From contig DASUUK010000068.1 in the NCBI GenBank assembly GCA_036374135.1, positions 20,628 to 84,627 on the forward strand: 64,000 nt of DNA, in the 5' to 3' direction. The notes beneath the pieces were generated by a model that did no database searches, was not told where the DNA came from, and was given only the letters and a program-made list of their open reading frames with translations. A program made the position numbers and the translations under genes. Position 1 is the first letter of the stretch. Each line of letters opens with the position of its first letter. The stretch is from Euzebyales bacterium. GTDB lineage: Bacteria > Actinomycetota > Nitriliruptoria > Euzebyales > JAHELV01. Of this stretch, positions 9,764 through 17,088 are shown one piece after another.

Positions 9764-10258
9764 GTGACCGATGACCGGCTGACCCACCTCGACGCGCGCG
9801 GTCACGCACGCATGGTGGATGTCGGCGACAAGGCACCGTCCGTCCGTGAGGCCACCGCGAGTGCCGAGGTCGTGTTGCGCGCGGCCACCGCGGAGCAGCT
9901 CGCGGCGGGCAGTCTGCCCAAGGGTGACGCGCTGGCCGTGGCCCGGGTGGCCGGCATCATGGCCGCGAAGCGCACCCCGGAGCTGATCCCGCTGTGCCAC
10001 ACCGTCGCGCTGGCGGGCGTCGAGGTCGATGTCGTCGTCCACCACGATCCGCCCCGAGCCGAGATCCGCACCACGGTCCGCGCCGCCGACCGCACCGGTG
10101 TCGAGATGGAGGCACTGGTCGCGGCCAGCACCGCCGCACTCGCGCTGTACGACATGATCAAGGCGATCGACCGGGGCGCCGTGGTGCGCCACGTGCGGCT
10201 CGAGCACAAGTCCGGCGGCGTGCGTGGCGAGTACCGGCGGGGTGGCGACGATGGCTGA
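9764..10258 (+). CDS. moaC: Cyclic pyranopterin monophosphate synthase MoaC
   Basis: LTHLD..G.ARMVDVG.K, GDALAVARVAGIMAAKRT.ELIPLCH, TGVEMEAL, LYDMIKA motifs. Confidence 0.95.
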   Translation: MTDDRLTHLDARGHARMVDVGDKAPSVREATASAEVVLRAATAEQLAAGSLPKGDALAVARVAGIMAAKRTPELIPLCHTVALAGVEVDVVVHHDPPRAEIRTTVRAADRTGVEMEALVAASTAALALYDMIKAIDRGAVVRHVRLEHKSGGVRGEYRRGGDDG

Positions 10259-10739
10259 GAAACCGCGACGGGCGACGGTGCTCACCGTCTCGACGCGCGC
10301 CGCCGCCGGTGTCTACGACGACGAGGCAGGTCCGCTGCTCGCCGAGCAGCTGCGCTCGGCGGGGTTCACCGTCAATCCCGTCGTCGTCGTGCCGGACGGC
10401 CGCGACGTCGTCGCCGACGCGCTGCGGACCGCACTGCCGGACGCCGACGTGATCGTGACGACCGGCGGCACGGGCCTGCACCCGCGGGACCGCACGCCCG
10501 AGGCGACCAGCGACGTCATCGAGCGCACCGTCGACGGCATCGCGGAGGCGATGCGTGCGGCCGCGCTGCGCATCACGCCGATGGGCATGTTGTCCCGCGC
10601 CATCGCGGGCGTCGCGCAGGACACGTTGATCATCAACCTGCCTGGATCGCCCAAGGGGGCGACCGAGAACCTGTCGGTCGTCCTGCGTGTGCTCGGTCAC
10701 GCCGTCGATCAGCTGCGCGGCGGCGATCACCCCCGCTGA
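10251..10739 (+). CDS. mog: MogA/MoaB family molybdopterin adenylyltransferase
   Basis: LTVS, VVPD, TTGGTG..PRD.TPEAT, SRAIAG, INLPGSPKG motifs. Confidence 0.9.
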   Translation: MAEKPRRATVLTVSTRAAAGVYDDEAGPLLAEQLRSAGFTVNPVVVVPDGRDVVADALRTALPDADVIVTTGGTGLHPRDRTPEATSDVIERTVDGIAEAMRAAALRITPMGMLSRAIAGVAQDTLIINLPGSPKGATENLSVVLRVLGHAVDQLRGGDHPR

Positions 10740-10864
10740 AGCGCCGGCGCCGCGGGGCCGGATCACGGCGTGTGTGCCCGGCATGAGCGAGGATGAGGCC
10801 CAGTCGTCGGCGGTGCGCCGGACATCCGCCGGGAAAAATCACTTCGTTGGTAGTCTGCGCCGCG

Positions 10865-11425
10865 ATGAGCTTCGTCGTCGTCGGACTGCTGGTCGCCCTG
10901 TGGACCTGGGTGCTGCTGCCCGGCCTGCTGCGCAACCGACGTGACGCCTCGACGCAGGAGCTGGGTACCGACGTCGATGGCGACGGTGACGCCCTGCCCC
11001 GGTCCGCTTCCGACCGGCGCGACGGCGACGGAGCCGGCCGCCGGATCCTCGTCCTGAGCGATCCCGAGAAGATCGTCGCCGCACAGCCGCGCAGCCGCGC
11101 CGAGCTGCGCCGACGTGCCGTGCTCGCCCGCGGCGGCTTCGCGCTGGTCGCCGCGGTCGTGGCGGGGCTTGCGCTCGGCGGCCCGTGGTGGGTGCCCGCC
11201 GCTGTCATCGGCGTGCCGTACACCCTGTACGTCGGTTTGGCCGTGCGGCTCGAACGACGCCTCGCCGAGCAGCGCGAGACCCTGCACGACATCGCGGAGG
11301 AACGCGCGCGACGACAAGCGCCGCAACCCACCGTTGCCGATCCCGACGCGATCGAGCTGGTCGTGGGCGACGCGTCGGGCATCATCGTCACGGGCTGGCA
11401 GCGGGGCCGCTCCACCGATTCGTGA
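10865..11425 (+). CDS. GlpR/SepX-like membrane protein (putative gephyrin-like receptor)
   Basis: N-terminal TM ending W..VLLP.LLR, a disordered linker, an RRR motif, two further TM helices and a coiled-coil-like tail; located between the moeA cluster and tRNA-Ala, as for actinobacterial glpR/sepX. Confidence 0.6.
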   Translation: MSFVVVGLLVALWTWVLLPGLLRNRRDASTQELGTDVDGDGDALPRSASDRRDGDGAGRRILVLSDPEKIVAAQPRSRAELRRRAVLARGGFALVAAVVAGLALGGPWWVPAAVIGVPYTLYVGLAVRLERRLAEQRETLHDIAEERARRQAPQPTVADPDAIELVVGDASGIIVTGWQRGRSTDS

Positions 11426-11452
11426 CCCCACGGGCATCACCGAGGAGGACGC

Positions 11453-12106
11453 GTGGCACAGCTCGACGACATCGGCGAGCGCGCACGGACTGAGCTCGAG
11501 ACCCTGCACCGGGCGCGTGAGGACGCGTACGCGGCGTCGCGCCGCGTCATCCGTTCTGCGGCAAACGCGATCCGCGCGGTGCATCGCTCCGAGGGGGCGA
11601 CGGCGCGCGCACTGCTCGACGAGGCGACCGACTCGCTCGACGTCGTACGGGGCGCCTCACGTGAGCGGCCACAGCTGACCGGCGCCGGCTTCGTCCTCGA
11701 CGCCCAGAAGGAGTACGCCGAAGCCCGGCTGGTCTATGGACTGCTCGTCGCCGCGTCCGACGACCTGCCCGGCCCCGACGAGCTCGACATCGACACGGCG
11801 GCGTGGCTCAACGGGCTGGCCGAGACCGTTGGCGAGCTGCGTCGACGGATGCTCGACCTCTTGCGCGCGGGCGACCACGACGGGGCCAGCGCCGCGCTCG
11901 CCGCGATGGAGGACATCATCGCGGTGCTGGTCACGATCGACTTCCCGGACGGCGTGACCGGCGGTCTGCGGCGCTCGACCGATGTCGCGCGGTCGATCAC
12001 CGAACGCAGCCGCGGCGACCTGACGACGGCGCTGCAGCTCGATCGAGTACATCGTGCACTCGCCGCCGCTGACCTCGACGGACGGGTCGGGAGCGCGGAC
12101 GGCTGA
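11453..12106 (+). CDS. Translin/TRAX-family protein
   Basis: All-helical pattern; REDAY..SR.VIR..A.AI..VH, QKEYAEA, GLAETVGELRR and LRR..DVAR...ER motifs resemble archaeal translin/TRAX; strong RBS GAGGAGG before the GTG. Confidence 0.8.
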   Translation: MAQLDDIGERARTELETLHRAREDAYAASRRVIRSAANAIRAVHRSEGATARALLDEATDSLDVVRGASRERPQLTGAGFVLDAQKEYAEARLVYGLLVAASDDLPGPDELDIDTAAWLNGLAETVGELRRRMLDLLRAGDHDGASAALAAMEDIIAVLVTIDFPDGVTGGLRRSTDVARSITERSRGDLTTALQLDRVHRALAAADLDGRVGSADG

Positions 12107-12107
12107 G

Positions 12108-12126
12108 GTCGTCGTCCAACGACGAC
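12108..12126 (+). terminator. Hairpin immediately after the translin-like gene
   Basis: GTCGTCGT-CCA-ACGACGAC, an 8-bp perfect stem one base after the stop codon; no U-tract. Confidence 0.4.
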
Positions 12127-12164
12127 ACCTGTCCTCCGCGTGGTCGTCGACGTGTGCCGTCGAG

Positions 12165-12173
12165 TGCTAGCAT
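12165..12173 (+). promoter_or_regulatory. Extended -10 promoter element for tRNA-Ala
   Basis: TGCTAGCAT (TGnTAnnnT) ends 10 nt upstream of the tRNA 5' end. Confidence 0.55.
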
Positions 12174-12183
12174 CGCGTGCCGC

Positions 12184-12256
12184 GGGGCTGTAGCTCAGTT
12201 GGTAGAGCGCCTCGGTCGCATCGAGGAGGCCAGGGGTTCGATTCCCCTCAGCTCCA
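12184..12256 (+). tRNA. tRNA-Ala(CGC), CCA not encoded
   Basis: Acceptor GGGGCTG/CAGCTCC with G3-U70; anticodon stem CCTCG/CGAGG with CGC at 12217-12219; T-loop TTCGATT; followed by CCT. Confidence 0.97.
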
Positions 12257-12271
12257 CCTCACCCCGTTCTG

Positions 12272-12301
12272 AACCCCGGAGCCATGCCGAGGCCGGGGGT
12301 T
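12272..12301 (+). terminator. GC-rich hairpin downstream of tRNA-Ala
   Basis: AACCCCGG...CCGGGGGTT inverted repeat followed by TT. Confidence 0.5.
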
Positions 12302-12648
12302 TGCTGCGTCCGAGGTCCGATGCGTGGTCGCAACATGCACCAAATTGCCACGAATGCGACCGCAGTGCGGCGTTGTCCACGTCTTGACACGGAATGCGCA
12401 GGTCTTGTTGACACGTGCCGCCGCGGATGCGTATGTCTCGTGCCAGGCGCCATGGCACGTGCCGGGGTGAGGGTGGTGAGCCGGCCATTGCGACCGCGAC
12501 CCATGACAGAGCGCTGGTTTCTGCCAGGCCGACATCATCGAGGTCCACACACTCGACTCGACCGGCGGACTGGCCTACGCAGAGCTCGACCGCGAGGACC
12601 CGCTGCGGGACGTGGCGATGCAGTCATCCTTCCTGCAGGCGTCGTTGT

Positions 12649-13488
12649 TCACGTCGGTCGTCGCCCCGGACGCGCCGTGACGACATGGGTCTCGTTGTGG
12701 AACACGAGGCCCGTGTCGTCCACGTGCGCTGCCAACGCGTCCTCGCACGCCGCGACGAGTGCGCCGAGGCGTACATCGTCGAGCGCGGCGAGTGGTCCGG
12801 CCAACGGTGAGCTCGCTGCCTCGCGACGTACGAACTCCGCGACCGAGGGGAACCGCTCCTCGCCGACTGCGATGCGCACGACGACATCGGTCAGGCCGGC
12901 CTCGTCCGCCGCCGCCCGCAGCGCTCCCGCGTCCCCGAACGCGAAGGGCGAGGCCATCATCCGCGCCGCCGCGTCACCTGCGTACTGGCCGAGCAGCCGC
13001 GAGAACACGGCGTACACCGGGTTGTGGGCCAACGGGCGCAGAACGCTGAACGCGATCGTCCCGTCCCGTGTCGCGACGCGGCGGATCTCACGGAGCACCG
13101 CGACCGGGTCGGGGAAGAACTGCACGGCCTCCTCGCACAGCACGACGTCGAACGTGTCGTCGTCGAACGGCAGCGCACCGGCGTCGGCGAGGCGCCAGTC
13201 GATGTCGGACGTCACGTCGGCCGCCGCGGCCGATGCGGCGGCGAGCATGTCGGGGTTGATGTCAACGCCCGTTATCGACCCGGTCGGGCCCACCCGTCCG
13301 CCTGCGGCACGAGCGACGACCCCGGTGCCGCAGGCAACGTCGAGCACGCGGTCGCCCGGGCGCACGTCGGCGATGGCGACGAGCCGACGTGCCATGGCGT
13401 CGAAGATCGCCGGAACCAGATACCGCTCGTAGGCGTCCGCCGCGTTGCCCTGCAGTTGCCAGCCGTCGCCCGTCATCATGTTCCGCAT
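12649..13488 (-). CDS. Class I SAM-dependent methyltransferase (UbiE-like)
   Basis: VLDVACGTG, GVDINPDML, ADAGALPF.D.TFDVV motifs; GGAG RBS 8 nt before the ATG at 13488. Confidence 0.9.
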   Translation of the reverse strand: MRNMMTGDGWQLQGNAADAYERYLVPAIFDAMARRLVAIADVRPGDRVLDVACGTGVVARAAGGRVGPTGSITGVDINPDMLAAASAAAADVTSDIDWRLADAGALPFDDDTFDVVLCEEAVQFFPDPVAVLREIRRVATRDGTIAFSVLRPLAHNPVYAVFSRLLGQYAGDAAARMMASPFAFGDAGALRAAADEAGLTDVVVRIAVGEERFPSVAEFVRREAASSPLAGPLAALDDVRLGALVAACEDALAAHVDDTGLVFHNETHVVTARPGRRPT

Positions 13489-13597
13489 CACGCGTGCTCC
13501 TGTCGAGGTGCCGCCGTGAGGATGGCGTCGGGCGTCGACACGCGCATCGGTGGATCCACGCATTCCGACACCTGTCCCCGTGTGGCACGCTGACGAC

Positions 13598-15235
13598 ATG
13601 ACGGGTCAGGCAGCCGCACTCGTTGACCGCGGGCGACGCGCGCTCGACGCGTGCAACTGGACGGCGGCGAGCGACGCGTTCGAGCAGGCGCGGGCATCGG
13701 AGGAGTCCGCCGAGGTCCTCGACGGCCTGGGGGAGGCGCGGTACTGGCAGGGCGCGTACGCCGAGTCGGCGGCGCTCCGCGAACGCGCGTACGCCCTCTA
13801 CCGCCGCCGCGGCGACCGGCCGGACGCCGCGCGTGTCGCGGTCCACCTGGCGCAGCTGCACGGCCTGGTGTACGGGAACGCGGCGGCGGTCAGCGGATGG
13901 ATCGGTCACGCGCAGCGGATGCTGGCCGACTGTGACGTGTGCGTCGTGCACGGGCTGGTCGAGCTGTTCCTCGGCGCCGTCGCGTCCGACCCCGACGAGC
14001 GTGAGCGGCGCGCCCGCGCGGCCGTCGGGATCGGACGCAGGTTCGACGCGCCGGGCCTCGAACACGATGCGCTCGGCTACGTCGGCAAGGCGCACATCGA
14101 ACGGGGTGCCGTTGCCGACGGCATGCGACTGATCGATGAGGCCGTCGCCGCCGTCGCCAGCGGCCTGGTCAGTGACGCGTGGGCGGCCGGCAGCATCTGG
14201 TGCAGCCTGTTCCATGCCTGCGAGATGGCGATCGATGTCGGACGGGCCGAGCAGTGGCTCGGCGCGGTGGATCACTACGTCGAACGCACGGACGAGCTGC
14301 CGATCTCCGCGATCTGCCGCATGCACTACGGGGGTCTGCTGACGTCCGCCGGACGTTGGGTCGACGCGGAGCGCGAGCTGCAGATCGCGCTGTCGATCTA
14401 CGACGACACCTACCGCGGCACCCGGTTCGAGCCGCTGCTGCGTCTGGCAGAGCTGCGGGCGCGCCAGGGCCGCATCGAGGAGGCCGCGCGGCTGATCGGA
14501 GGGTACGAGGACCATCCGCTCGCCGTGCTGCCCAGGGCGCGCGTGCTGCTGGCCCGCGACGCGCCGGACCACGCGCGGGCGGTGCTGGATCGCCACCTGC
14601 CACGCGGCACGTGCGACCTCCCGGCAGCGCCCGGTGTGGCGCTGGCCGTCGACGTCGCGCTCGCGTGCGGCGCCGTCGACCAGGCGCGCGAGCGCACGGA
14701 CCAGCTCGAGGCGCTCGCCGACAGCTGCGGTGTGCCCTCGGTGCGAGGGTTCGCCGCCCGCGCCCGGGCGGGGATCGCGGCCGCCACGGCCGGCCAGGCG
14801 GCGGCGGCCCACCTCGAGGAGGCGCTCGTCGCGTTCGCCGATGGTGGCATGGCCCACGACATCGCCGGCACACGACTGCAGCTCGCGACGCTGCTCGCCG
14901 ACGAGCGACCACAGGTCGCGACCGGTGAGGCCCGCTCAGCGCTCGAGGGCTTCCAGGCCATCGGAGCCGTGCGTGGCGCCGACGCCGCCGCACAGCTGCT
15001 GCGCCGTCTCGGTGAAACCGGCCCCGCTCGCCCACCTGTCGACGGCGTCCTGACCGCCCGACAGCACGAGGTGCTCGATCTGGTCGCCGAAGGCCTGTCG
15101 AACGCCGACATCGCCGAACGGCTGTTCATCAGCCGCCGCACCGTCGAGCACCACGTCAGCAGCATCCTGTCGGCGCTCCAGGTGAGGACCCGGGCGGAGG
15201 CCGCGGCACGCGCGCTGCGGGGCATCCGGACGTAA
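13598..15235 (+). CDS. LuxR-family regulator with TPR-like N-terminal region
   Basis: C-terminal LTARQHEVLDLVAEGLSNADIAERLFISRRTVEHHVSSIL HTH; helical repeat N-terminus; no Walker A. Start is estimated. Confidence 0.88.
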   Translation: MTGQAAALVDRGRRALDACNWTAASDAFEQARASEESAEVLDGLGEARYWQGAYAESAALRERAYALYRRRGDRPDAARVAVHLAQLHGLVYGNAAAVSGWIGHAQRMLADCDVCVVHGLVELFLGAVASDPDERERRARAAVGIGRRFDAPGLEHDALGYVGKAHIERGAVADGMRLIDEAVAAVASGLVSDAWAAGSIWCSLFHACEMAIDVGRAEQWLGAVDHYVERTDELPISAICRMHYGGLLTSAGRWVDAERELQIALSIYDDTYRGTRFEPLLRLAELRARQGRIEEAARLIGGYEDHPLAVLPRARVLLARDAPDHARAVLDRHLPRGTCDLPAAPGVALAVDVALACGAVDQARERTDQLEALADSCGVPSVRGFAARARAGIAAATAGQAAAAHLEEALVAFADGGMAHDIAGTRLQLATLLADERPQVATGEARSALEGFQAIGAVRGADAAAQLLRRLGETGPARPPVDGVLTARQHEVLDLVAEGLSNADIAERLFISRRTVEHHVSSILSALQVRTRAEAAARALRGIRT

Positions 15236-15401
15236 CGGTGTCCGGATGCCCGGACGCGCTGTGACGTGCGTTGACGCTACCGTGTCCACGGCAGGCGCGG
15301 ATGGCCACGACCCGGAGGCCGGACGCAGGGCGGCAGTGACGCGGGGTGTGGGGAACTCCACGTTGCGGCCGGGCCGTGTCACGCCGACGGGAGGACGCGG
15401 T

Positions 15402-16325
15402 ATGCAGGCAGGGACGACCATCGGACCGTACGAGCTGCGTGGCCTGTTGTGGACCGACGCGGTGTCGCAGATCTGGGACGCCCGCACCGACGGCGGGCCG
15501 GCGGCGGTGTACCGCGGCGTGCGCCAGGAGGCAGGCGTCCCGCATCGGGTGCGCATCTACGACGCGGCGGATCGGCGTGAGCGTGAGGCGCTCGTGCGGA
15601 CCATCGAACGCGTCGCGCCGCTGCGGCACCCGGCGCTGGCTCCGATCCACGACGCGGGCACGATCGACGAGCGCGTATACGTGGTGACCGGTGACGTCGG
15701 CGCGCTGACCCTGGGTGAGGCGGTCGGACGGTGGGGGCCGGCCGACCCCACTCGCGCGATCGAACTGCTCGAACCGCTCGCGATCGCGCTCGACGCGCTG
15801 CACGACGTCGCACTCGCGCACGGCGCCATCGGGCCACGGACGGTGCTGGTCGATGTGGACGGCGACCGGCTCGTGCTCACGGACTTCGGCCTCGACGACC
15901 GGTTGGGCCGTGGCCGCGCCAGCGGTGCAACGGCTGAGGAGGTGCCCTACGTCGCTCCCGAGCAGATCCGGGGACGTGGCACGCGCCCGGAGTCGGATCA
16001 GTACGCGCTGGCGTGCGCGCTGGCGCACCTGACGGCCGGACGACCGCCGTTCGCGGCGGGTACGTCGAACGGCCGCGGAAGTTCGGCGCCGGTGCCCGAC
16101 GGTGGGGGCGCGGTCGCGTTGAGAGCGGCCGTGCGCACCGGCATGGCGCCGAACGCGGCTGACCGGTACCAGTCGTGCGCGGCCTTGCTGGCCGCCGCCG
16201 GCGCGCCTGCGCAGGCGGCCGTGGCCCCGCCCGAGCCGCGGCAGCACGATGCGGGCGTGATGTCGGGTGGTCGCCTGGGCCGTTGGCTACGTCGTGGGGC
16301 AGGTCCCGAGCGGCGACTGTGGTGA
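15402..16325 (+). CDS. Ser/Thr protein kinase-fold protein, probable pseudokinase
   Basis: GPYEL...L, L.HP.LAPIHD.G, LTDFGL, YVAPEQ.RG, SDQYALAC motifs are present, but the catalytic loop reads HGAIGPRTVL; GGAGG RBS. Confidence 0.85.
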   Translation: MQAGTTIGPYELRGLLWTDAVSQIWDARTDGGPAAVYRGVRQEAGVPHRVRIYDAADRREREALVRTIERVAPLRHPALAPIHDAGTIDERVYVVTGDVGALTLGEAVGRWGPADPTRAIELLEPLAIALDALHDVALAHGAIGPRTVLVDVDGDRLVLTDFGLDDRLGRGRASGATAEEVPYVAPEQIRGRGTRPESDQYALACALAHLTAGRPPFAAGTSNGRGSSAPVPDGGGAVALRAAVRTGMAPNAADRYQSCAALLAAAGAPAQAAVAPPEPRQHDAGVMSGGRLGRWLRRGAGPERRLW

Positions 16326-17005
16326 TGACGCGTCGAACGCGTGCGGCGGGCCTCGTGGTGGGGGCCGCGCTGCTGGCGTCGGCGTGCGCCGGCGCCCCGG
16401 CCGAGGTGGCCGGCGGGGCGTCTCCGGCTCCCGACGACGGGACGACCGGGCGCCGCGACGGTCCGGCGACGCCGGCCGGCGGCCCCACGCGTCCAGCGGA
16501 CGACCGGTCGGCGGCCGCTGGCGACCCGGCCGCCCAGGCGTCGCCACCGGTCACGTCGGGCGCACCGGGCGCCGTGTCGTGCGCGGGCGTGGAGCGTCCA
16601 CCCCTGCAGACCGGTTCGCACCTGCTCGGTGGCCGCGAGCCACCCGTGCCGTTCTCGTCCCAGCCGCCGACGTCGGGTTGGCACGCGTCCGGGCACGTCG
16701 ACGTCGACGTACGCAGTCGGGCGCGTCCGCTGACCGAGCCGGAGCAGGTGTCGGTGCTGGAGGCTGGTGGCGTGGTGGTGACCCATCGGGGCCTGGCGGC
16801 TGACGACGTCGCTCGGCTGCGCGACCGCGTGCGCTCCCGGTATGCCGCACGCGTGGCGGTGACGCCGTACGACGGCGTCCCGAGCGGGGCCGTCGCGTTC
16901 GCGGCGTGGGGCAGGTTGCAGCGCTGTGAGGGTCTCGACCTGACCGCGCTGGATCGCTTCGTCGAACGGTTCGGGCCGAGCGGACCGATCACGGCCGGCC
17001 ACTGA
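16322..17005 (+). CDS. DUF3105-like lipoprotein
   Basis: Lipobox LASAC; PPTSGWH, LEAG.VVV, AAWGRLQRC...D...L..F motifs; GTGA overlap with the kinase stop. Confidence 0.72.
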   Translation: MMTRRTRAAGLVVGAALLASACAGAPAEVAGGASPAPDDGTTGRRDGPATPAGGPTRPADDRSAAAGDPAAQASPPVTSGAPGAVSCAGVERPPLQTGSHLLGGREPPVPFSSQPPTSGWHASGHVDVDVRSRARPLTEPEQVSVLEAGGVVVTHRGLAADDVARLRDRVRSRYAARVAVTPYDGVPSGAVAFAAWGRLQRCEGLDLTALDRFVERFGPSGPITAGH

Positions 17006-17088
17006 TCGTCCCCGAGGCGCGGCTTCGGGTGCGAACCGTTGCGGTGCACCGCCCCGCAGCATCCGCGTCGTGCGCGCCACGCTGTGCG

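Noticed and set aside
12380-12415. Repeated (T)TGACACG motif as a regulatory site
   Set aside because: There are only two short imperfect copies with no downstream gene start; this is not distinguishable from chance.
15402-16325. Active PknB-like kinase
   Set aside because: The catalytic Asp, Lys and Asn and the Gly-rich loop are missing, so it is called a probable pseudokinase instead.
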